This document shows, piece by piece, positions 27,415 to 37,223 of a DNA stretch of 64,000 bases (positions within the stretch are counted from its first letter, which is position 1; each line of letters opens with the position of its first letter). The stretch is from Candidatus Moraniibacteriota bacterium. GTDB taxonomy: Bacteria > Patescibacteriota > Minisyncoccia > Moranbacterales > UBA1568. A program made the translations under genes and the position numbers. The notes below the pieces were generated by a model, which was not told the origin of the DNA, did no database searches, and saw nothing but the letters and a program-made list of their open reading frames with translations. The stretch is taken from NCBI GenBank assembly GCA_018061645.1, contig JAGOTT010000003.1, positions 9,326-73,325 on the forward strand. The letters run 5' to 3'.

Positions 27415-28245
27415 ATGGGTTCAAGAGAAATTATGAAAAGAATCCGCATCTATTCAGATGAAAGCCGACACAAGAACGAGCGGTTTTTATTGCTTGGAGG
27501 ACTTTGGATTGAGGAAGAAAAAGTGAGGATTGTGGAGGAGCTTATCGGACAGCTGCGAAAGGAGAGTGGGTACACGAGGGATGATGGACAAAGGATTGCT
27601 TTCCTTGGCGAATTCAAATGGAAGAAAGTATCGGATAAGTATATTGCCGTCTATAAGCAGCTTGTCGATATTTTCTTTGATTGTATCGAAAAGGATGCTT
27701 TCCGGTTTTGTGTCATGCTTGTCGATACGCATAATCCGGTTGTTGTGGAGCAGAGCAATATAAAGAAAGAAGGATACTTCAAACTGCTCTACCAGCTCTA
27801 TCTTCACAATTCAAAAATCCCAGCACTCTATCGGATCCACCCTGACAGCATCACAAATCCAGCTCAAGACAAAGTCGATTTTTCGACTCTCGATAAATGC
27901 CTGGATCGGGCATTTCTTAAGAAGTTCTCTCCGCTCGTAAACCCGGCGGATCTCCCTAATGGTAAGGGATTCGTGGAAGAGATCGTTTCGGTGAATTCGA
28001 AAAGTTCCGAATTCATCCAACTTGTGGATGTGGTAATGGGCGGTATCGGATATTTTCAGAATCGTCTTTTTACGAATCCGGATGCGAAGAAGGCGAAGAT
28101 CGAACTTATGAAGTACATTTTTGACAAGCTTATCTATTCCGGGACGATCCAAACAACAGGAAAACGATATATTGTGGCGCGGTCGACAAAATTCAATATC
28201 TGGGTATTTCGACCAAAAAATAAAAAAGACCCTCAAGCTTGTTGA
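27415..28245 (+). CDS. DUF3800-family protein
   Basis: N-terminal IRIYSDESRH (DUF3800 I.IDESG-like motif). Starts 1 nt after the upstream stop. Confidence 0.65.
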   Translation: MGSREIMKRIRIYSDESRHKNERFLLLGGLWIEEEKVRIVEELIGQLRKESGYTRDDGQRIAFLGEFKWKKVSDKYIAVYKQLVDIFFDCIEKDAFRFCVMLVDTHNPVVVEQSNIKKEGYFKLLYQLYLHNSKIPALYRIHPDSITNPAQDKVDFSTLDKCLDRAFLKKFSPLVNPADLPNGKGFVEEIVSVNSKSSEFIQLVDVVMGGIGYFQNRLFTNPDAKKAKIELMKYIFDKLIYSGTIQTTGKRYIVARSTKFNIWVFRPKNKKDPQAC

Positions 28246-28271
28246 GAGTCGCTTTTATGGAGTCCTGAGTG

Positions 28272-28318
28272 CTGGGTCAGTGCCCGGTGTGACATCAGTC
28301 ACAGGAGACGTCACCCAG
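28272..28318. other. GC-rich nested hairpin inside an AT-rich intergenic region (possible terminator or structured element)
   Basis: CTGGGT...TGTGAC-atca-GTCACA...ACCCAG. Confidence 0.3.
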
Positions 28319-28517
28319 TAACTCCACATCTATTATTGCACAGAAGTTGACAAAATACAACAGTTAGCAGTAGAAATAGCTAGAAAATTCTTGAAATAAG
28401 GCTTATAAAAAGCAAATAAATAATTTACAAGGTTAGTTAAATCTTTTATTACTAGCACAAAAATAAATAACTAGACTAATCGCGCGTAAAAGCAATTAAA
28501 CTCATTTTTATTTACCT

Positions 28518-31205
28518 ATGGCTCTCCATAAAGACTTTCCAAAAGATCCATACGCAATTCTCAATCCTGAAATCAGGTGGTTTCCGGCACCTGAAGACCT
28601 GCGAGAAAAGGGGTTTGAGAAGCTTATCCCTCCGCTTGTCGCAGAACTGCGCAAACAAGTGAAGATGTGGCGTGATAATAACTACGATGGAGCAGGTGAG
28701 ACTTCAAAGGCGCTTTTGACATGGTGGTTTAAAGAAGAACACACACTCTATAACAATGATGGTTCTTCGTATAATTTTCGGTACTATTTTTCTCAAAGAG
28801 AGGCACTCGAGACGGTAGTATGGCTCTATGAGGTTGCTCAAGTGAAAGATAAGTACGATTTGATACGATACAATTCCACTGGCGTTCTGAGCCCACAGAT
28901 GTTCACCGAGGATTGGCTTCGATTTGTGATCAAGATGGCTACTGGGGCTGGCAAGACCAAGGTGATGAGCCTGATCATAGCGTGGGCATATTTTCATAAA
29001 CTTTACGAGGAAGGTTCGGGATTAGCTAAAAATTTTCTTCTTATTGCTCCGAACGTTATTGTATTCGAACGTATTAAGAATGATTTTGAAGGAAACAGAA
29101 TATTTTTCCAAGACCCAATATTGCCCGACAACGGCTATATGGGTCAAAACTGGCAGGATGATTTCCAAATTACCCTACACCTTCAAGATGAGCTAAAGAA
29201 TGTCTCTGATACCGGAAATATATTTCTGACGAATATTCACCGGGTATTTGAAAGTGATGTACAGGAATATAGTGTAGACGATGAAGATAGCTCCGAGTAT
29301 TTTCTTGGTGATAAGCCAGTTGCCAAAACCAATGAAGGCACGATTGATTTGGGAATGGTAGTTCGAGATATTGATGAGCTTATTATTATAAACGATGAGG
29401 CACATCATATTCACGAAGAAAATGCGTGGCTCAAATCTATCCGCGACATCGATAACAAGCTGAAACAAAAAGGAGGCGGTCTCGCACTGCAGCTTGATGT
29501 GACTGCAACGCCAAAAAATAATAAGGGCGCGATTTTTGTGCAGACAATTTCTGATTATCCTTTGGTCGAGGCTATTCATCAAAGAGTGGTCAAGCAGCCC
29601 GTGGTGCCAGATGAAGCTAGTCGGGGGAAGCTCGAAGAGGGTCAAAGCGTTGTATTTACTGAAAGATGGAGGGATCATATCAATCTCGGTGTTGAGGAAT
29701 GGAGAAAAATATATAAGCAACTTGAGCCGACTGGAAAGAAATCACTTCTTTTCATAATGACCGATGATACAAAAAATTGTGATGATGTTGCGGAGTATCT
29801 TGAAATGAGTTATCCGGAACTGAAGGATGCTGTTTTGACTATTCATACCAATAAGAGCGGTGAAATCTCCGAAAGCACTACTGGTAGAAATAAAGAAGAG
29901 CTTGAACAACTTCGAAAACAATCAAACGAGATCGATAGCTGGGAAAGTCCGTACAAGGCAATCGTATCGGTCATGATGCTCAAAGAAGGGTGGGATGTGA
30001 AAAATGTGACCACAATTGTTGGTCTTCGTCCTTTTGCTTCTGATAGTAAAATCCTTCCAGAGCAGACATTAGGGAGAGGTTTGCGAAGAATGTACTTCGG
30101 GAGAGATGATATCGATGAATACGTGAGCGTTATTGGTACCCCGGCTTTCATGGACTTTGTCGAGAGTATCAAAGGTGAAGGCGTTGTTCTTGAAAAGCGG
30201 TTGATGGGCGCTGGATCAAAACCAATTTCGCCAATGGTAATTGAGGTTGATAAGGAAAATACCAAGAAAGATATCGAAAAACTAGATATCGAGATTCCTG
30301 TGATGACAGCTCGAATACAGCGAGAGTACAAGAATCTTGTTGATTTAGACGTGTCTAGCTTTGGCAACAGAAAGGTAAAAGTGAAGACGTTTTCCGAAGA
30401 GGAAAAACGAGAGATAGTCTTTAAGGATGTTGTTGTTGAAGAAGTGCATCACACAACTATTTTGAGTGGCGATATTGAGCCGAACTATCAGAGTGTCGTT
30501 GGTTTTTTTGCGCAAGCTATAATGCGCGAAATGCGTTTGTTTGGTTGTTACGATATTCTTTTCGGTAAAGTAAAGGACTTTATTGAGAATAATATGTTTG
30601 AAAGTAAGGTTGAGTTGACTGATCTTAATGTACTTAGAAATCTATCTGAAGTTGAGTACATCAAGCTTATTAAAGACGCCTTTAAGAAAGCTATCAACGA
30701 GCTAACGGTTCAAGATCGAGGGGATACTGAAATTAAAAATTATATTAAAGTTAGTGATGCGAGGCCGTTTGTGGTGAATGATAAGTCATTTCTTGTGCCA
30801 CAAAAATCAGTGTTCAATAAAATTGTCGGTGATAGTAATTTTGAGCTTGAGTTTTCTGCTTTTCTTGAGAAATGTGATGATGTTGTATCATTTGCTAAAA
30901 ACTTTCAAAACAAGGAAGCCAATGCTTTGCGTATTGAGTATAAGAATAGTGAAGGGTTTATCGCCACCTATTATCCAGATTTCTTTGTGAAAGTAAATGA
31001 GAAGAATGTTTATATTGTTGAGACAAAGGGCCGTGAAGAAGAGGATGATAAAATAAAGTTTGAAAGATTAGAGAAGTGGTGTGAAGATGTAAATAATAGG
31101 CAAACAAAGGTTATCTACGGAGCGTTGTATATACAGCAGGAGGACTATGAAAAAAATCCTGCCAATAATTTTAATGAGCTTTTAAGGCTGTTCGGACGAG
31201 TATAA
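28518..31205 (+). CDS. res: Type III restriction enzyme Res subunit (SF2 helicase plus C-terminal PD-(D/E)xK endonuclease)
   Basis: Walker A MATGAGKTKVM, motif II DEAHH, later helicase motifs. C-terminal nuclease-like YIVETKG. 895 aa. Confidence 0.85.
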   Translation: MALHKDFPKDPYAILNPEIRWFPAPEDLREKGFEKLIPPLVAELRKQVKMWRDNNYDGAGETSKALLTWWFKEEHTLYNNDGSSYNFRYYFSQREALETVVWLYEVAQVKDKYDLIRYNSTGVLSPQMFTEDWLRFVIKMATGAGKTKVMSLIIAWAYFHKLYEEGSGLAKNFLLIAPNVIVFERIKNDFEGNRIFFQDPILPDNGYMGQNWQDDFQITLHLQDELKNVSDTGNIFLTNIHRVFESDVQEYSVDDEDSSEYFLGDKPVAKTNEGTIDLGMVVRDIDELIIINDEAHHIHEENAWLKSIRDIDNKLKQKGGGLALQLDVTATPKNNKGAIFVQTISDYPLVEAIHQRVVKQPVVPDEASRGKLEEGQSVVFTERWRDHINLGVEEWRKIYKQLEPTGKKSLLFIMTDDTKNCDDVAEYLEMSYPELKDAVLTIHTNKSGEISESTTGRNKEELEQLRKQSNEIDSWESPYKAIVSVMMLKEGWDVKNVTTIVGLRPFASDSKILPEQTLGRGLRRMYFGRDDIDEYVSVIGTPAFMDFVESIKGEGVVLEKRLMGAGSKPISPMVIEVDKENTKKDIEKLDIEIPVMTARIQREYKNLVDLDVSSFGNRKVKVKTFSEEEKREIVFKDVVVEEVHHTTILSGDIEPNYQSVVGFFAQAIMREMRLFGCYDILFGKVKDFIENNMFESKVELTDLNVLRNLSEVEYIKLIKDAFKKAINELTVQDRGDTEIKNYIKVSDARPFVVNDKSFLVPQKSVFNKIVGDSNFELEFSAFLEKCDDVVSFAKNFQNKEANALRIEYKNSEGFIATYYPDFFVKVNEKNVYIVETKGREEEDDKIKFERLEKWCEDVNNRQTKVIYGALYIQQEDYEKNPANNFNELLRLFGRV

Positions 31206-31265
31206 AAGTGGCCAGGAACCTTTTTATGAAATGAGGTCGATTCGTTTCGCTCAAAGATACGCACT

Positions 31266-32024
31266 ATGTCCGAATACTACAACCCGAGACGGACGCGGAA
31301 CATCTTTGATCCGGCATCGTCCGAACCGTTCAAGATCAGTCGCTCCAAGCTGGATCTGTTCCTGAATTGTCCCCGTTGCTTCTACCTGGACCGGAGATCG
31401 GGAGTGGGGCGTCCTCCGGGGTTTCCTTTCAGTCTGAACTCCGCCGTGGACGCTTTGCTCAAGAAGGAATTCGATATCCACCGCGCCGCTGGAACCGCGC
31501 ATCCACTGATGGAGCGGTACGGCATCGATGCGGTGCCGTTTCGCCACGAGAAGATGGAGGAGTGGCGTGACTCCCTGAGACGGGGAATCCAGTATCTACA
31601 CGAGGAGACCGGATTGCTCCTGACCGGTGGTGTCGACGATGTCTGGGTGAACCCGGGGGGCGAGCTCATGATCGTCGACTACAAGGCGACCTCGAAGAGC
31701 GGCGAGGTGAGTCTCGATGCCGATTGGCAGATCGGATACAAGCGGCAGATGGAAATCTATCAGTGGCTTTTCCGGAAGAACGGATTCGCCGTCTCCAGGA
31801 CCGGATACTTCGTGTACTGCAACGGGGATGCGGACAAGGAAGCGTTCGATGGAAAGCTTGAGTTCGATGTGAGGGTCATTCCGTATGTCGGCGATGATGG
31901 CTGGATAGAAGGGGCGTTGTCCGACGCGAAAGCATGCCTGATGAGCCCGACGATTCCACGGTCAGCCGAAGACTGCGATTATTGCCGATATGTCGCCGCG
32001 GTGCGTGAGGTGAGCGGGGAGTGA
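31266..32024 (+). CDS. Cas4/RecB-like PD-(D/E)xK nuclease family protein (DUF83-like) with putative Fe-S Cys cluster
   Basis: N-terminal CPRCFY, catalytic IVDYK, QMEIYQW (QhxxY), C-terminal CLMSP...CDYCRY. Confidence 0.65.
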   Translation: MSEYYNPRRTRNIFDPASSEPFKISRSKLDLFLNCPRCFYLDRRSGVGRPPGFPFSLNSAVDALLKKEFDIHRAAGTAHPLMERYGIDAVPFRHEKMEEWRDSLRRGIQYLHEETGLLLTGGVDDVWVNPGGELMIVDYKATSKSGEVSLDADWQIGYKRQMEIYQWLFRKNGFAVSRTGYFVYCNGDADKEAFDGKLEFDVRVIPYVGDDGWIEGALSDAKACLMSPTIPRSAEDCDYCRYVAAVREVSGE

Positions 32025-32028
32025 ACGT

Positions 32029-32047
32029 GTACGTAACAAGTTACGCA
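32029..32047. promoter_or_regulatory. GTACGTAAC-aa-GTTACGCA dyad motif abutting ATG 32049
   Basis: Direct reading. Confidence 0.4.
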
Positions 32048-32048
32048 T

Positions 32049-32288
32049 ATGGCGGAATATCCGAACGATGGGAAGCGACATCCTGACCTTTCCGACCTGG
32101 CGCGGGAGATCCTGCAGGCATACGCCCCGGCGTGGCCGGGTATCATGATGTGGCCAGTGCTCGGCATCGTGCTTTTCTGGTATCCGGACTGGAGGAGCAT
32201 CGTCGGGTATTCACTCGTCGTCGTCGGCATCCTGACGCTCATCCGTGTCCGCTGCCCCGGAGAAACCCCGCCGCCCGCGGACAAGTGA
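32049..32288 (+). CDS. Small membrane protein (79 aa)
   Basis: Two hydrophobic helices. Bracketed by two copies of the dyad motif. Confidence 0.45.
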   Translation: MAEYPNDGKRHPDLSDLAREILQAYAPAWPGIMMWPVLGIVLFWYPDWRSIVGYSLVVVGILTLIRVRCPGETPPPADK

Positions 32289-32303
32289 GTGTCTCTTGAA
32301 ACT

Positions 32304-32320
32304 TCGTAACCGGGTACGTA
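32304..32320. promoter_or_regulatory. TTCGTAAC-cgg-GTACGTA dyad motif
   Basis: 15 bp upstream of a 26-codon TM mini-ORF (32335-32415, MMLIAIVAVVVIAGAAVYFAVREGGE). Confidence 0.4.
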
Positions 32321-32603
32321 TACATGAAGAGAATATGATGCTGATAGCTATCGTCGCGGTTGTCGTCATCGCCGGAGCCGCGGTCTACTTCGCGGTTCGT
32401 GAGGGCGGGGAGTGAAGCATGAAAGGGCGAATGGTTTTCCGGGTGGGATTCTTAAACTGTGCAAATTCAGGGGTTGCTTTTTTCGCCGGATGTGCTAGGG
32501 TTCCCTTGCTCTTTGACAATGGAAACATCGTCGCAGCCTGAATAAATGGCGTCCCGTGGTGGGAGGCCAGCTGAAAGAAGAGCGTTTGAGAAGGAGCTGT
32601 ATC

Positions 32604-32810
32604 ATGACGATCACGGTTAGGCGTGACGTTTATGAAGATGGGCATCTCGTCGGCAAGGTCATCGACCGGGAGTTTTCCGATGGTTCGAGCCGTACCACCG
32701 TGGAGAAGGTCTATAGCCGTGACCCGATCCTCGGTACCGACCATGCGGAAATCGTCCAGGAGATCGAAACCGACTCCAAGGGCAATATCCACGTTACCAA
32801 TAGGAAGTAG
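32604..32810 (+). CDS. Hypothetical 68-aa protein
   Basis: AAGGAG RBS 8 nt upstream of ATG 32604. Confidence 0.4.
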   Translation: MTITVRRDVYEDGHLVGKVIDREFSDGSSRTTVEKVYSRDPILGTDHAEIVQEIETDSKGNIHVTNRK

Positions 32811-32933
32811 CGCGATCCGTATCATCGGATAGCTGGTTCGTCCTTCCGATCCTAGTCACCGAATGCTGGTAGACGACAGGAGAAGCGCTCGTATCCGATA
32901 ATACGGATGACGAGATATTTGAAAGGGAAAGCC

Positions 32934-33179
32934 ATGCCACTGCAACCGAAAGACGCAGTCCCAAACGCTTCTGACGATAATCCAAATTTAGGCTGTACAT
33001 TCGTGCGCTCCGATCATGACGATATGATACGGAGCGTTTTTGTATTTGGTCTGGAGAAGAGCGCAAAAGCCAGATACATTTTCCGCTGTCATTGCAAGAA
33101 GATTTGTGCCCGTGGTAGTAAGGTATGCAAACCGTCGAAGGGTCTCTTCCGTCTGTCGAGATACGAGAACAAGCGGTAA
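32934..33179 (+). CDS. Hypothetical Cys-rich small protein
   Basis: ORF with start MPLQPK. Weak support. Confidence 0.35.
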   Translation: MPLQPKDAVPNASDDNPNLGCTFVRSDHDDMIRSVFVFGLEKSAKARYIFRCHCKKICARGSKVCKPSKGLFRLSRYENKR

Positions 33180-33208
33180 CATAATCTCACGGCCGTGAGA
33201 TTATGTTA
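33177..33208. repeat. 32-bp perfect palindrome TAACATAATCTCACGGCCGTGAGATTATGTTA (related to the 23213/23962 elements)
   Basis: Shares the CATAAT..ACGGCCGT..ATTATG architecture. Begins at the stop codon of the upstream ORF. Confidence 0.65.
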
Positions 33209-33268
33209 CCGGCACGTCGGGTTTTTTGTTTGGGTGTATACTTATGGGAGGGGGGCGTTTTTCAGGTT

Positions 33269-33287
33269 ATTACGTAACCGGTTACGT
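33269..33287. promoter_or_regulatory. TTACGTAACCGGTTACGTA dyad motif, identical core to 14406, about 15 bp upstream of the TspO gene
   Basis: Direct reading. Confidence 0.5.
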
Positions 33288-33306
33288 ATATCGATAACAT
33301 GATCCT

Positions 33307-33708
33307 ATGGAACAGATGGAGTGGTATGCGACGCTGATCAAGCCGGAATGGGCACCGCCGGCGTTTCTGTTCGGTCCGGTGTGGACGGTGCTCTATGCGA
33401 TCATCCTCGCGTCGTTCGGGTATGTGGCGTATCTCTTCTGGAAGAAACGGATCCCGTTTCCGGTCTTTCTTCCGTTCGTGTTGAATATCGTTTTCAATAT
33501 CGCGTTCTCGCCGATCCAGTTCGGACTGGAGAACAATCTCCTCGCGGCGGTCGATATCGTGCTCGTGCTCGGCACGCTCGTCTGGGCGCTCATCTCGATA
33601 TGGCCGCGCGTCCGGTGGGCCGCACTCGTCAATATCCCGTACCTGCTCTGGGTGTCCTTCGCGACGGTGCTCCAGTTTACGATCACCTGGCTCAATGATC
33701 TGGCGTGA
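33307..33708 (+). CDS. TspO/MBR (tryptophan-rich sensory protein) family membrane protein
   Basis: LIKPEWAPPAFLFGPVWTVLY...W..LVNIPYLLWVSFA pattern. Confidence 0.7.
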   Translation: MEQMEWYATLIKPEWAPPAFLFGPVWTVLYAIILASFGYVAYLFWKKRIPFPVFLPFVLNIVFNIAFSPIQFGLENNLLAAVDIVLVLGTLVWALISIWPRVRWAALVNIPYLLWVSFATVLQFTITWLNDLA

Positions 33709-33737
33709 GTCGAGATGATGCTTGAGAGAGTTTTCAT

Positions 33738-34100
33738 ATGAAAGCATGCAAGACGGTGGAGGAATATGCGAAGAGCCTGCCCGAGGGGATGCGGGCGGAG
33801 TTCGACGCGGCATGGAAGACGATCCGTGATCTGGTACCGGGCGGTGAGGAGGGGATCCGCTACGGGATGCCGACGATCCGGTTGGGTGGGAAGAATCTGG
33901 TTCACTTCGCGGTCATGAAGGGTCACTTCGGATTCTATCCGACGCCATCGGGTGTCGCGGCGTTTGAGAGTGAGATTGCGGGGAAGTATGAATACTCCAA
34001 GGGAGCTATCCGGTTTTCGATCGGCAAAAAACTCCCACTTCCGCTTATCCGGAAGATCGTGAAGTTCCGCGTCGGGGAAGAGAGAACGAAAAAGAAATAA
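33738..34100 (+). CDS. DUF1801 (YdhG-like) domain protein
   Basis: VEEYAKSLPE...FDAAWKTIRDLVP...LVHFAVMKGHFGFY typical of DUF1801. Confidence 0.7.
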   Translation: MKACKTVEEYAKSLPEGMRAEFDAAWKTIRDLVPGGEEGIRYGMPTIRLGGKNLVHFAVMKGHFGFYPTPSGVAAFESEIAGKYEYSKGAIRFSIGKKLPLPLIRKIVKFRVGEERTKKK

Positions 34101-34110
34101 CCGAACTGCC

Positions 34111-34458
34111 ATGGCGACGAAAGTCTCTACCATCGAATATATCGAGGATCAGCTCGCGGATGTGCCGGGCGTGCGGTCGCGGAAGATGTTCGGCGAGTAT
34201 GCGCTCTATGTCGGGGACAAGGTGGTCGCGCTCGTGTGCGACGATACGCTCTTCGTGAAGATCACGGAGGAAGGGCGGGTGTTCGTCGGAGAAGCATACG
34301 AGGAGGGGTGCGCGTATCCGGGGGCGAAGCCGTCGATGCGGATCGACGGGGATATGATCGAGGATCGCGCGTGGCTCTCCGAGCTCGTCCGTATCACCGA
34401 TCGGAATGTGCCGGAACCCAAACCGAAAAGGAAGCGCGGTGCGGGCGGTCGTGAATGA
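34111..34458 (+). CDS. TfoX/Sxy N-terminal domain protein
   Basis: RKMFGEYALYVGDKVVALVCDDTLFVK matches TfoX_N. Confidence 0.7.
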   Translation: MATKVSTIEYIEDQLADVPGVRSRKMFGEYALYVGDKVVALVCDDTLFVKITEEGRVFVGEAYEEGCAYPGAKPSMRIDGDMIEDRAWLSELVRITDRNVPEPKPKRKRGAGGRE

Positions 34459-34520
34459 GGAGCCATTCCGCTGAAAGCATTTCCCCTCCCGTTTGTATTA
34501 AGGGGTGAGTAGACAATAAT

Positions 34521-35750
34521 ATGCGTCGTATGATCCGTTTTTTGGTTGTGGTCGTGTTCGTGTGGATGGGTCTCGTCGCTCTTTCTTCCGCTCTGGCGGC
34601 GTTCGGCGAGTGCCCGGCCGGGTTCGTGTTCGATCCACGAAGCGGTGTCGGATGCAAGCAAGCCGATTGCAACGATGTTCCGAGCGGGCACTGGAGCTAT
34701 GAGGGATACTGCGTATGCGGATCGTCGGGAAGTATGAACGAGAATCCGAAGGATCCGAACAAGGAATGTACGTACCCTGGCGACCATGCGGCGTGTCCGG
34801 GGTGTCTCTATGCGTGCGTTCATTTCGATGAGGAGTGTCCCGCGATACCGGGGTCGGCTCCCGCGCCTGTCGCGGAAGTGACGGTCGAGGAAACGGAAGA
34901 GGCATCCGTGTCGCTCGTGGCTCTTTCGAATGTCGAGACGGACGAACGGACGTGCAAGCAATACTGCAAACGCCTGTTCGGCGGGAAGACGGGAGTGGAA
35001 CTGCTCGAGTCGTCCGGAACGTATCCGAAGTGCCGCTGTGCCGCGGACCATAGGGACGCGCTCAATCGGATCACGAAGAACGTCGTGCTCGACGGCGATA
35101 CGAAGACGACCCGTACGTTCGATCCGGAGAGCGGGGATCTCATCGGGAAGGAGACGAAATCGCTCGAAGCGGAGCGCGCGGAAATCCGTGAGCGTCTCGG
35201 GTACAAATATTCCGAAGAGGAGATCGACCGCTTGCTCGACCCGGCGAACGTCGATACCTGGTTCGCCTCGCGGATGGAGGGAATCGAGACGTCGACGAAT
35301 TGGCTGAGCCCGTATTTCTGGTGGCAGCATACGGTCGCGCTTTTCGATCATGGGTTCGGCAATGACGCGGATTTCGTGGATACCTACGAATACGGCCGGT
35401 GCGGCGATTCGATGCTCTGGCTCGAGCGTGAGCTTTCGACGGAGCTCAAGTTCACCTCTGACGACGGGAAGAAACGTGAGGCGATGCTTTCGATAACGGG
35501 CGAGAAATACTGGAACGCCATCAACCATACCGCGCTCATCGTCCGGCCGCAGGGTATCGGAAACGACGAGTGGGACGGGATGGTGTCTACGCTCATGGAG
35601 CGGTCGGGAACCGATGACGGTCTCGATAAGAGCGGCATCGAGGGGATCGACCCGCGGCTTCTTGATGCCAAGGTGCTTGATCCGTATTTCCGAAAGACGA
35701 CGACCGTGCGCGAATTCATCAAGGGATGGTCGGTGATCCGTATCAGCTGA
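34521..35750 (+). CDS. Secreted Cys-rich protein, function unknown
   Basis: Signal-peptide/TM N-terminus. Cys-rich N-terminal module (CPAGFVFD...CKQADC...CVCG), acidic linker, C-terminal domain. Confidence 0.55.
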   Translation: MRRMIRFLVVVVFVWMGLVALSSALAAFGECPAGFVFDPRSGVGCKQADCNDVPSGHWSYEGYCVCGSSGSMNENPKDPNKECTYPGDHAACPGCLYACVHFDEECPAIPGSAPAPVAEVTVEETEEASVSLVALSNVETDERTCKQYCKRLFGGKTGVELLESSGTYPKCRCAADHRDALNRITKNVVLDGDTKTTRTFDPESGDLIGKETKSLEAERAEIRERLGYKYSEEEIDRLLDPANVDTWFASRMEGIETSTNWLSPYFWWQHTVALFDHGFGNDADFVDTYEYGRCGDSMLWLERELSTELKFTSDDGKKREAMLSITGEKYWNAINHTALIVRPQGIGNDEWDGMVSTLMERSGTDDGLDKSGIEGIDPRLLDAKVLDPYFRKTTTVREFIKGWSVIRIS

Positions 35751-35894
35751 GCGGAGACAGCTCGGTTTTTCGGTGGGAAGCATGACCGGAGAGTGAATCC
35801 GCTTGACATGGTTTTCCGATCCGCGTACACTTTTCTCTTGTCAGCCTATGGGCTGACTTTTCTTTCCGATCCCGTTTCGGGTGAGGAATTTTCA

Positions 35895-36254
35895 ATGTCC
35901 TTTTCCATCAAGGAGAGACCGATGCAGAACGATCGTTCCAATACCCGTACCGGCAAGCGTCCTTTCACCAAGGGCTCCGCCCGTACCTTCAAGGTGAACA
36001 TCGACGGCCACATGCTGTCCCTGACTCCTGATCAGATCCTGTCCGACAAGTCCGGGTGGACTCCCTGTCATGGCGAGGTCGGCGACATCAAGGTCCGGTC
36101 GCTGAGCATCAAGCGCATGGGCGACAAGATCATGGTCAAGAACGGTCACGGCAAGCTCGCCGGCTGTTACGACGCGAACGAGTTCGCCGTCATGGCCAAG
36201 AAGTTCATGTCCTCCATCGACTCCGGTTCGATCTCGATCGACACCAAGGCGTAA
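35895..36254 (+). CDS. Hypothetical protein
   Basis: ORF with ATG at 35895 (track begins at 35793). Confidence 0.45.
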   Translation: MSFSIKERPMQNDRSNTRTGKRPFTKGSARTFKVNIDGHMLSLTPDQILSDKSGWTPCHGEVGDIKVRSLSIKRMGDKIMVKNGHGKLAGCYDANEFAVMAKKFMSSIDSGSISIDTKA

Positions 36255-36435
36255 CATCGCCGCCGTTCCGAACGCAACCGCGTCGGATAACCGTCGCGCA
36301 TCCCCACAAAGGATGCGCGATTTTTCTTTTTCAGTCGTTTCCGATGCGTCATTTTCCGCGTATTGTGGCGATTGATTCCGTGATGCGGAAAACGTGGTAC
36401 AATCATCCCTATAAACGGCGGATCCGCAAAATCCT

Positions 36436-37125
36436 ATGAAGCACATGTCACTCGAAGAACATGCCGCGATGACGGAAAAGCACCTGGATGCGATAGCGGC
36501 CGACGCCGAGGCGCAGGCTGAAGCGGACGGTGTCGAAAAATACCGGAAGCAGATGGAGGAATCGGATCCGACTCCGGAGGATTTCGACCGGGGGACCCTC
36601 TCGGACGTGGAACGGAAATTCATCCATGAGCAGACGGTTCACAATATCCTCCGGACCATCGAGGAAGATGAGGATCGGAAAGAGAAGATGATTTCGTGGC
36701 AGAGAAAGAAGGAGATGCTTCGGGCTGTCCTGTTGGAACTCGACCGGTCGCTTGCGATCGATGCGACCGATGAGGAGCTGTCACTCCGGGAGAAGATCGT
36801 CGGGAGACTGGTCGATATGGAGCGGTTCATGACCGAACGGCATCTTACCGATGCGGTGAACGAGCTTCTCGACAGCCCGGGTGCCTATCAGGATGCCATG
36901 AAGGAGGCGTGGGCGGCGACGCTCGAGAATCCGGAGGCGATGAAGGCCGTGAACGGGGATTGGCTCCGGCTCTATGGGCAGGCGGAACGCGCGCTCATCG
37001 ATGCGATGAAGCAGGAGAAATTGAAGCCGATGTCGATCGATACGGAGCGGAAGTGGCTCCGGTTCGTTCTTCAGAAACTCGATGCCGCGGAGGCCATCAT
37101 GCCGGACGAGATCGCACACGTATGA
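36436..37125 (+). CDS. Hypothetical acidic helical protein
   Basis: 229-aa ORF, no motifs recognised. Confidence 0.5.
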   Translation: MKHMSLEEHAAMTEKHLDAIAADAEAQAEADGVEKYRKQMEESDPTPEDFDRGTLSDVERKFIHEQTVHNILRTIEEDEDRKEKMISWQRKKEMLRAVLLELDRSLAIDATDEELSLREKIVGRLVDMERFMTERHLTDAVNELLDSPGAYQDAMKEAWAATLENPEAMKAVNGDWLRLYGQAERALIDAMKQEKLKPMSIDTERKWLRFVLQKLDAAEAIMPDEIAHV

Positions 37126-37223
37126 AAGCATTCGTTCTCCGGAAGCTCCATGAACTCGAAACGAGCGCAACCGATCGGGGATAGGGGCGATGCGCGCTCG
37201 GCGGAACTGCTGAACCGAAACAT

